A DNA stretch of 32,000 bases, taken from the NCBI GenBank assembly GCA_008080745.1, contig SHMX01000004.1, forward strand, positions 384,704 to 416,703. Reading direction: 5' to 3'. The position numbers and the translations under genes were made by a program. Below are positions 7,577 through 15,478 of the stretch, in pieces. The notes below the pieces were generated by a model. That model saw nothing but the letters and a program-made list of their open reading frames with translations, ran no database searches and was not told where the DNA came from. This DNA is from Candidatus Thorarchaeota archaeon. GTDB taxonomy: Archaea > Asgardarchaeota > Thorarchaeia > Thorarchaeales > Thorarchaeaceae. Positions within the stretch are counted from its first letter, which is position 1. Every line of letters begins with the position of its first letter.

Positions 7577-10500
7577 ATGTATAGCCGACGCCAGCTACAA
7601 TTCATAGCTGTATTTGTAGTTGCATTAATGATTATCCCTCCGGTAGCTGCGATTCCTACGGTTTATTTTTCAGCAGGCCCAATTGCTGTCGTAGAATCAT
7701 CTGAACCAAACACAGACATTCGTATTGGTGGTGGTTATCAAGAGGATATTGCCTTTGAAGATATCAGAGAGCAGTATGAATACCTGCTTAATACTGATCA
7801 CAATCTACTTGTGGTCTATGATGATGCAGATGATACAACAACAAAAGCAGCCGAGATGTTCAAGTTATTCTTAGATGTCGAAACAAATGCATTACTTGTT
7901 CCTGTTTCCAATATCTATGAGTTAGAAGCAGCCCTCACGTGTGTTAGAGATGACCAAGTGATTATTGAAGTAATACACGGTGTGACCGAATCTTTCTTCA
8001 TGAGTGGAGAATATTATGATTGGTCAATACTTGACAATACAATTCGTCAGTCCAAATCCAAGCGACATGTTCTAGCTTCATGTTTTTCATCAGTATTGGA
8101 TGTGGATACACCAGAACTAAGAGTAAAGGGTCTCGAAACTCTGTTGGACTATCAGGTTGCCGTACCAATATTGACCCTGTATGCATTGGAATTTCTATAT
8201 GATTTAGATTCAATTGACCGTACTACAACTGGTTTAATGATTCAGAAACATATTGATGAAAATCAAGTGCGAATAACAGATAAGATTCTGAATCCAACTG
8301 ATATTCTTGGTACCAAGAAGACACTCTATCAACGATCAGAGTATCTTGAAAAGCTCAAGGATTTGGTCGATGTTTTACTATTATTCATCAAGAATGAAAT
8401 AAAGGGTCTGGCAAAGAAGGTAATAGGTGCCATTCTCGGACTTATTCCCGAGACCTTATTCAATTCACAAAGCTTACTGGATTCCGGTCTCGATATGATT
8501 GATAACGTCAATCTCTCAATCATTGATGATCTTCCAAGTACCCTTGAGAACAAACTCGATGGTTGGGGAAAGGAGAAGAAGTTTAGAGTTCCTGGAGGAA
8601 ATCTTGGACACATCGTATTCTTCTTCAAGTTCCACATTGATAAGAATCTCGATTCCACAACTGATTATCACATTAAATCAACCTACTTACAAATAGGATT
8701 GAAATGGAACCTTTCAACATGTTACAATTTCTCAATCGGAGTAGTCCCGCTAAAACTTAACGTGAGCTTCAAAATATTTCATATGAATGATTTATTGCTA
8801 GAGTATATGGGCCACGATCCTAATTGGGTGAGCACAGCAGAGCAACCAATCAATCCTGATATGTATATTGTTCCTGATGGTATGGACCCCAATGACCCAA
8901 CGAATGCAACCTCCTTCTTGGCTTATGCAAATATTGATGGCCCCTATGGAGATGTTCCAGTTGAAGCATGGTGGGGATGCCCGCTAGCAGGAGTAGATTT
9001 ACCATTTCGTTCATACGGTGGTTTTGAGATTAAGCTAACTGTAACATTGAATATGGACCAACGATACATCATGGAGAAGCTTGGTCACACCCCTGATGTT
9101 ATCGGAAAAGCAATGAAGAAGATTGCAGATTTCTTTGAAGAAGCATGTACATTTGGACAGACCGCCATTAATGGATATTTCACACTTACTGGAGCTGGAA
9201 TCAAGATTTCTATTCTTGGGTCACTCTGGGTAGGGATTGATATTGAGCTTGAACACCAATTTGGTAAATATCTCGAATTTGCATTGAATGGATTTATCCG
9301 CATAGAGAATTTACTCATGGGCGAAATCGATTGGACTCAAGAGGGGCTCTGGCTATCACAAGCTAAGGTCTTCTATCCAAGATTGGATTTCAATCTGATT
9401 ATTAGTTTAGAGGTCACCCTTGGATTTGATTGGCTTACCAAGACGTTTGAATTCAATCTTTGTGATTTGCTTGGATTGAGTACTTTCTACTTCCCAACTG
9501 GTGCGAAAACAGATGATTCAGAAAGCTTTGGTAATATTTTATGGAAAGGAAAATGGAATGTTGATAACAGCCCTATCTCCTTCAATGTACCAGTAAATCA
9601 GTTCTTTATGGACATGATTACGTTACTTACCAGTCGATTGCCTGGTGATGATATCATGAATGCACTAGCTGGAACGATATCAGTAATCGACGGAACACCA
9701 GTGGATACAGACCCCCCAGAATTATTCTTTGTGACCCCTGCTTATGAGGGAGACCCAATAGCAGAATGGCCTGATATCACTCAAGATGTAGATTATGTTG
9801 ACCTTGTGTGCAATGCATTAGATATTGACCTAGAAGATGCTGAATCTGAAGATTTGAGCCGTGAAACTATCGATCCAACCAATACTTCCCTTGAGGAGGA
9901 TAATCTACCTGCTGGTGCAGCTTCAATGGAGGTACATCGTTCAGAGATTATTCCACTTTGGGGTGATAACGCATCAATTCGACTCTATGTATTTGACAAG
10001 CACACTGCTGACAATACAGACTCCTACGTAACAAAAGTCACAGTTACAGCGGAATTTGAATTAGTTGAGACCCCAATTAACTATGGTCTTGGAGAATACC
10101 TCTATTCTCTCTATGACGAGTATACCTTTGAACCAACCAATCAGGAAACTGAGATGCGTCTATTCTATTCACTTGAGATTTACGAGCGAATTGTTTTCTT
10201 CTATGATGATGATGGAATGCTTTTCCACTGGACATCAACTGCATTCTATGATGGCGTACCGGAATATGATAGTGGGTTCACACCTTGGGTAAATTCAACA
10301 TATATTCGAGTTGTAATCCATCCACTCACCCATGCGGGAGATGATAACATCAATGTTGATAATCCTGACAATCCCGACTCGGACTTGTTCCCCTATTCTC
10401 GATTGTTCATTATGGGTGGAGAGGTCAAATTCATCAATGAATGGGATTCGAATATTACACAACACGCGGACACCTACACAATTTTCGACAATGGTGGAGT

Positions 10501-13075
10501 CTTCTTAGATGAGGATTCAGTAAGGACCAGTGGATTTGGTGATGGGCCTATGAATACCACTTGTGGTTACAGTGCCTATTACGATTTGAAACTCCCCCTT
10601 CACAAGTTCTATCGTGATGGATTAATCAAGTCTGGCTGGGTAACCTTCACCGCAACTGCATATGATACAGCAGATTTGAGGGTGTCAAAGAGCTATACTT
10701 ACTGGGTAGATATTCCAGAAGACACCCTCAATCCAACTGTTACAAGGGCTTCAGCAAATACTCGTGATATCGAGGAATATCCTGAACCAAGTCCGACAAT
10801 TGCAGCATCTGGTATTCAACACTATGATTTTGATATTGTTGATCCACAGCAGTTCATAAGTTATACATTCGACTTTGGAGCTGGCTCTTCGACGAGAGGA
10901 TACCATACTGGGATACCTCATCAATTTCCCGACCAAGTAGCACTATATCGTCCAAATCCAAGAGCTATTGTTACTCAGGGTGATGGATTACTTAATGCAT
11001 ATCAATTTGAAATTGACCGTTCAGTATCTAATACGGATGAGACCATTATCTCTGCAGATGTATTACTAAGTGGAGATTTCTCCATTCATGTCTATGTCAC
11101 TACTAATACCGCAATTAACGAGATAATCTATCAGACATCCTTCAATAATCATGTTGATGGATCTGAAATCTACATCAATGTGGCACACATGAATTTGAAT
11201 AGTGGAGAATGGAATATCTTTCTAGCAGATCTCCAAAAGGATATTCAGCGATTCTTTGACAATGGAATTGTTAATACTGTTGTTGCATTTGAGATTCGCG
11301 GTAATGCCATGATTGATAATATCCAGTTAGACTTTGAGATGCTCATGGATGCAGATGTTGACTGGGATTCTGGATGGGTAATTAGTGACAATGCTCCAGC
11401 TGGAGCACGGATTTTAGTGGAACTCACAGACCGTCCTGAACTGGTAGATGCTGACTTCCAAGTTACTGCAATATCCGGTAATACGGTAATTGATACAGAA
11501 ATGGTCAGGATATCACAGAGATTCAGAGCAACTCTCGATACTCGTACCATCCCGGATGGATATTATATTCTTCAGTTCACTGGTTATGATTTTGCAGATC
11601 ATTGTGATACAGAGGCTGTTTGGATAATTATTGATAACCATTCACCCACTGCACCCCAAAATGTACAATTCACCCCGGATCCAAATACCAATCCAAAATA
11701 CGGATTTGATTATGACGTGACTTGGGATCCTGCTGATGACGGAATGGGCGTTAGGTGTTACATGATAAAGCACGATGGTGTACTTAGAGCTACAGTATCT
11801 GATACCCGATGGGACGGGAGAATGCTTGATGAGAGCTATCTTTTGGGCACATGGGAGATTATTGCTGAGGATTGGGCAGGTCGTACAACCGCTGCTACTC
11901 TAATTTTCAATACGGTTCCAGACTATGACGAGGACGGTATTGATGACATCTCTGAGTGGGAAACATATGGTACTGACCCATTGGACCAAGATTCTGACTC
12001 AGATGGAATGACGGATGGTTGGGAGGTTGACTATGGACTTAATCCCCTATCTAATGATGCATCCGGGGACAAAGATGAAGACGGTCTATCGAATTACAAT
12101 GAATATGCTTTAGGTGCCGATCCCACATGCATTGATTCCGACTATGATGCTATGACTGATGGATGGGAGTACGATTATGGATTAAATCCTGTTTCATCAG
12201 CCGATGCTGGACAGGATGCAGATGATGATGGTCGAATGAATTTCCAAGAGTTCTATGATGGAACTAATCCATTAGACCCTGATTCTGATAATGATCAGCT
12301 CTCTGATGGACTTGAAGCATCAATTGGTTCTGATCCATTATGCACCGATTCAGATGGAGATGGACTTAGTGATACTCTCGAGTACTATACATATGGTACG
12401 AATCCAACATCTACAGATTCGGACTCTGATAATATGCCAGATAAGTGGGAGGTCAATAATAACTTCGACCCTCTGTTTGATGATGCTCTCTATGATGCAG
12501 ATAATGACGGGCTTACTAATCTGAAGGAATATCAAAAGGGAACTCTTCCAAGAGACTCAGATACAGATAATGATGGTCTTAAGGATGGAGCTGAAGTCAA
12601 CACTCATGGTACTGATCCTAAGGATGCTGATCCAGATAATGACGGTCTGAATGACTATCAGGAGGTCGTTACTTATGGTACGAATCCTAATGATGGAGAC
12701 TCGGATGATGACACTCTTAGTGACTACACTGAGATTCACAGTACCAATACTGATCCTTTGGATAGCGACTCGGACAATGATAATATCAACGATGGTACAG
12801 AAGTGATGCTAGGAACAGATCCTAATGATAGAGATTCGGATAATGATGGTCTGACTGACTATATGGAGGTTTACAAACTTAGCACGAACCCTCTGGATAG
12901 TGATTCTGATAACGATGGCTATTCGGATTATGAAGAGTTCCTTGCTGGTACTGATCCTAATAATCGCTACTCGTATCCTGGTTCTGATCCACCAGTTGGT
13001 CCCATCATACCGAAGGAGCCTATCAGAACTTCGTCCCCCTTACCACCAAGTGATGGACCTCTACCTATCGCCTGA
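7577..13075 (+). CDS. Giant secreted multidomain protein (about 1832 aa): signal peptide, putative clan-CD protease-fold domain, beta-rich core, jelly-roll and FN3-like domains, 15 thrombospondin-type-3-like Ca-binding repeats, Pro-rich tail
   Basis: Start moved to ATG 7577 (MYSRRQLQFIAVFVVALMIIPPVAA is a signal peptide, with GGAGATATAGGA upstream). FN3-like PTAPQNVQF...VTWDPA...YMIKHDG. DxDxDGxxDxxE repeats from 11921. Confidence 0.9.
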   Translation: MYSRRQLQFIAVFVVALMIIPPVAAIPTVYFSAGPIAVVESSEPNTDIRIGGGYQEDIAFEDIREQYEYLLNTDHNLLVVYDDADDTTTKAAEMFKLFLDVETNALLVPVSNIYELEAALTCVRDDQVIIEVIHGVTESFFMSGEYYDWSILDNTIRQSKSKRHVLASCFSSVLDVDTPELRVKGLETLLDYQVAVPILTLYALEFLYDLDSIDRTTTGLMIQKHIDENQVRITDKILNPTDILGTKKTLYQRSEYLEKLKDLVDVLLLFIKNEIKGLAKKVIGAILGLIPETLFNSQSLLDSGLDMIDNVNLSIIDDLPSTLENKLDGWGKEKKFRVPGGNLGHIVFFFKFHIDKNLDSTTDYHIKSTYLQIGLKWNLSTCYNFSIGVVPLKLNVSFKIFHMNDLLLEYMGHDPNWVSTAEQPINPDMYIVPDGMDPNDPTNATSFLAYANIDGPYGDVPVEAWWGCPLAGVDLPFRSYGGFEIKLTVTLNMDQRYIMEKLGHTPDVIGKAMKKIADFFEEACTFGQTAINGYFTLTGAGIKISILGSLWVGIDIELEHQFGKYLEFALNGFIRIENLLMGEIDWTQEGLWLSQAKVFYPRLDFNLIISLEVTLGFDWLTKTFEFNLCDLLGLSTFYFPTGAKTDDSESFGNILWKGKWNVDNSPISFNVPVNQFFMDMITLLTSRLPGDDIMNALAGTISVIDGTPVDTDPPELFFVTPAYEGDPIAEWPDITQDVDYVDLVCNALDIDLEDAESEDLSRETIDPTNTSLEEDNLPAGAASMEVHRSEIIPLWGDNASIRLYVFDKHTADNTDSYVTKVTVTAEFELVETPINYGLGEYLYSLYDEYTFEPTNQETEMRLFYSLEIYERIVFFYDDDGMLFHWTSTAFYDGVPEYDSGFTPWVNSTYIRVVIHPLTHAGDDNINVDNPDNPDSDLFPYSRLFIMGGEVKFINEWDSNITQHADTYTIFDNGGVFLDEDSVRTSGFGDGPMNTTCGYSAYYDLKLPLHKFYRDGLIKSGWVTFTATAYDTADLRVSKSYTYWVDIPEDTLNPTVTRASANTRDIEEYPEPSPTIAASGIQHYDFDIVDPQQFISYTFDFGAGSSTRGYHTGIPHQFPDQVALYRPNPRAIVTQGDGLLNAYQFEIDRSVSNTDETIISADVLLSGDFSIHVYVTTNTAINEIIYQTSFNNHVDGSEIYINVAHMNLNSGEWNIFLADLQKDIQRFFDNGIVNTVVAFEIRGNAMIDNIQLDFEMLMDADVDWDSGWVISDNAPAGARILVELTDRPELVDADFQVTAISGNTVIDTEMVRISQRFRATLDTRTIPDGYYILQFTGYDFADHCDTEAVWIIIDNHSPTAPQNVQFTPDPNTNPKYGFDYDVTWDPADDGMGVRCYMIKHDGVLRATVSDTRWDGRMLDESYLLGTWEIIAEDWAGRTTAATLIFNTVPDYDEDGIDDISEWETYGTDPLDQDSDSDGMTDGWEVDYGLNPLSNDASGDKDEDGLSNYNEYALGADPTCIDSDYDAMTDGWEYDYGLNPVSSADAGQDADDDGRMNFQEFYDGTNPLDPDSDNDQLSDGLEASIGSDPLCTDSDGDGLSDTLEYYTYGTNPTSTDSDSDNMPDKWEVNNNFDPLFDDALYDADNDGLTNLKEYQKGTLPRDSDTDNDGLKDGAEVNTHGTDPKDADPDNDGLNDYQEVVTYGTNPNDGDSDDDTLSDYTEIHSTNTDPLDSDSDNDNINDGTEVMLGTDPNDRDSDNDGLTDYMEVYKLSTNPLDSDSDNDGYSDYEEFLAGTDPNNRYSYPGSDPPVGPIIPKEPIRTSSPLPPSDGPLPIA
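11921..12975 (+). repeat. Protein-level repeat array of 15 DxDxDG(L)xDxxE...GTDP units (bacterial TSP3-like calcium-binding repeats)
   Basis: Counted units: DYDEDG, DSDSDG, DKDEDG, DSDYDA, DADDDG, DSDNDQ, DSDGDG, DSDSDN, DADNDG, DTDNDG, DPDNDG, DSDDDT, DSDNDN, DSDNDG, DSDNDG. Confidence 0.9.
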
Positions 13076-13091
13076 TTTTCTTAGTTTATAG

Positions 13092-13128
13092 AACCCCCTT
13101 TGAAGGGGGTTTCTCTCTTTCTTTCTTA
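13092..13128 (+). terminator. GC-rich hairpin followed by a pyrimidine/T tract
   Basis: AACCCCCTT-TG-AAGGGGGTT inverted repeat (13092-13111) followed by TCTCTCTTTCTTTCTT, 17 nt after the stop codon. Confidence 0.75.
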
Positions 13129-13200
13129 TTCAAAATACGAGAATCGAGTTCTCAAATGCTTGTTTTGCCTGAATAGGTTTTTACTTGTTTATTTTCCAAC

Positions 13201-13836
13201 CTAGTAATTTTCCAGAATTAGATCAAATCTAGCACATTCATGAAATCGGGAAAATTGTTTCAGAAATTCTGTATCCTTCCCAAGATAATGAGCAAAAATT
13301 TTGTAGGGTTTTAGCTTCTCAATACTACATTGAATGCCAGCTCCCTTCATATCTGATGGTTCTAGATACACATGATAATATGATTGTATCAAATCGAACC
13401 CTTGTGATGTATACCATTTTCTAGTGTTGATATCATCTCGGGTCCAAGCCTCAAATCGTTCGACAGCCATTTCTCTTGCTCTTCTTATTGCTTCATATAG
13501 GAGAGCTTTAGCAATACCTATTCTTCTATAATCGGGGTGAACTGCCAAGTGCCAAATCATCCCAGCTAAGTGTTCGTCCAGTTCGTCCGTAGGTGAACAT
13601 ATTGACCCAGATTTCTTCTCGCATTCAATATCTATCAATCCTACAATAACACCATCACTCTCAGCCACAAGCTCTATTGCTGGTGAGTCATACCTCTCCT
13701 TTTTGGGGTACACATCATCATAGTATGAGGTATCTAAGAAAGCGAGAACTCTGCAGCGAAGCCAACCATTTTCATCTTCTGGTCTATATTCTCTGATATG
13801 ATATGAAGAATCAACTTTCAATGAGGATGACCTCAT
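13201..13836 (-). CDS. GNAT-family N-acetyltransferase
   Basis: ELVAESDGVIVGLIDIE, and GMIWHLAVHPDYRRIGIAKALL (acetyl-CoA binding motif A), WYTSQGF. Confidence 0.92.
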   Translation of the reverse strand: MRSSSLKVDSSYHIREYRPEDENGWLRCRVLAFLDTSYYDDVYPKKERYDSPAIELVAESDGVIVGLIDIECEKKSGSICSPTDELDEHLAGMIWHLAVHPDYRRIGIAKALLYEAIRRAREMAVERFEAWTRDDINTRKWYTSQGFDLIQSYYHVYLEPSDMKGAGIQCSIEKLKPYKIFAHYLGKDTEFLKQFSRFHECARFDLILENY

Positions 13837-13930
13837 AATCGGATATTCTAGTAGTTTTGTAAGTGTGTTGACTTATGCACTATTTGTCAGGTTCGATTGT
13901 AACACTGCTATTTGTACCACTAATGACATC

Positions 13931-14539
13931 CTATTTTTCCATTTCGTCCAATCTTTTCTCAAGTCTCTTGAGCTGTTCCTGCATCTTGGTTATCTGTGTC
14001 TTGAGAAGGTCAATATCATCACTTATTGGTGGACGATCCTGTGCATACATTCCTGATCCAGCCCATCTCTTCATCCCCAATCCACGACCGCCTCCACGTC
14101 TACCACCACCGCCACGACCTCTTCCCATACCAGCACCCATGCCAGCCCCTCTTCCTCCGCCCATTCCCATACCAGCACCATATGTCTGTCCAGAACTATC
14201 ACCAGTAGGACTTGAGGAATTTAATTCTCCAGCTTTGAATTTTTCAACTGCTTCTCGTACTATTCCTGATACTCCTAAGACGGTCTCCAGACCCAATTCA
14301 GCCAAGGCTTCAGTGGCATTTGGACCAAGATTCCCTGTCAATACTGTCTTTGCACCAGCCTGTGCTACCATCTGTGCGGCATGGATGCCTGCACCCCCAG
14401 AAGCCATAGCTGCTGTGTTTTCAATCAATTCTGTTGCCATGGTATCCGTGTCTACTAAAACAAAATATTGACATCTTCCAAAACGTGGGACAACATCTGA
14501 ATCTAAGTTCGGACCTGTTGATGAAACTGCTATTCTCAA
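13931..14539 (-). CDS. NifB/NifX-family (FeMo-cofactor-binding fold) protein with Gly/Arg/Met-rich linker and C-terminal coiled coil (DUF5320-like)
   Basis: MRIAVSS...RFGRCQYFVLVD...GGAGIHAAQMVA...VLTGNLGPNA is the family pattern. TTG start with GAGG upstream. Tail GAGMGMGGGRGAGMG...; coiled coil DIDLLKTQITKMQEQLKRLEKRLDEME. Confidence 0.88.
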   Translation of the reverse strand: MRIAVSSTGPNLDSDVVPRFGRCQYFVLVDTDTMATELIENTAAMASGGAGIHAAQMVAQAGAKTVLTGNLGPNATEALAELGLETVLGVSGIVREAVEKFKAGELNSSSPTGDSSGQTYGAGMGMGGGRGAGMGAGMGRGRGGGGRRGGGRGLGMKRWAGSGMYAQDRPPISDDIDLLKTQITKMQEQLKRLEKRLDEMEK

Positions 14540-14727
14540 ATTAATAATCCTCTACAGCGTACTCTTCATAGTCCGCTAATTATAGAACTATGCACAAAAT
14601 AAGATAAGAGTTGTGATAGCAGGAAATTTTCTGATTATAAATATCCTAGGGGTTGTTAACAGTTATTGAAAACCAAAAACAACAATTTAAATGTAAGAAT
14701 TTCCAGAAAGCAGGAGAGGAAGAGGAA

Positions 14728-15417
14728 ATGAAAGACCGATTATTTGTCATAGGATCTTTTCTTGTCATCATAGCAGCAGTGATTTCAACAGTTGTCGGGT
14801 TCTCTGGAATGGCTGACGACTTTGAAATGGTTTTTGGGATTGCAGGTGTTGTGCTTCTTGTTTTGGGCGTTATATTTCTGATAACTGGTTTTACTAATCC
14901 ACTAGTAGCACAAAGCAAAACTGGTACAATTATATCATATATTCTGATTATCGGATCCTTGACGGTCATTGCAGGACTGCTTGTGACTTTAGCAGTAAAT
15001 ACCATAGGTGGACCAGTTGGTTTATCGGCATTTATTCCTCTTGGGGGAGCGATTTTGATTCTACTCTGTTTCTTCATGTGGCCTTGTTTATGTTGCAAGG
15101 ATAAGGATGCAGGAAGTCGGAAGGTATTTGGAATTGCTGCTTCTCATGGAAAGATTTCAATCTCTGATTTAGCAAAATACAGCGGATATTCAGAAGATAC
15201 CGTTCGTGACATAATCTATGATGGAATTGGCTCAGGCAAGGTTGCTGGAAAAATGGAAGGTGATATGTACATTCATGCTTACAAGACGACTACTGTTACA
15301 ACATCCAGTCCAACTCGCGAGCGAGAGATTGTAAAAGTGCTTGTTGTCTGTCCTTACTGTGGAGCCAAGAATGAGCAGGGAACTCCGAAGTGCCACCAAT
15401 GTCAGGCACCCCTCTAA
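14728..15417 (+). CDS. Membrane protein with about 4 TM segments, PCI-like winged-helix domain and C-terminal double zinc ribbon
   Basis: Start moved to ATG 14728 behind GGAGAGGAAGAGG. Four hydrophobic segments; ISISDLAKYSGYSEDTVRDIIYDGIGSGKVAGKM resembles the PCI winged helix; CPYCGAKNEQGTPKCHQC zinc ribbon. Confidence 0.8.
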   Translation: MKDRLFVIGSFLVIIAAVISTVVGFSGMADDFEMVFGIAGVVLLVLGVIFLITGFTNPLVAQSKTGTIISYILIIGSLTVIAGLLVTLAVNTIGGPVGLSAFIPLGGAILILLCFFMWPCLCCKDKDAGSRKVFGIAASHGKISISDLAKYSGYSEDTVRDIIYDGIGSGKVAGKMEGDMYIHAYKTTTVTTSSPTREREIVKVLVVCPYCGAKNEQGTPKCHQCQAPL

Positions 15418-15478
15418 GTCTATCATGAATAGAGAGGTATGAGTGATTTACCGAGTGTAGATGAAAACATCAAATGGT

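Noticed and set aside
11921-12975. Recurrent DNA words (gattctgat, actgatcc) as a possible CRISPR or DNA repeat array
   Set aside because: Degenerate, in-frame and synonymous-variable: these are protein repeats, with no constant repeat-spacer structure and no cas genes.
13875-14471. Pro-rich 198-aa plus-strand ORF
   Set aside because: Antisense shadow of the Gly-rich NifX-family gene (GGN codons read as Pro on the other strand).
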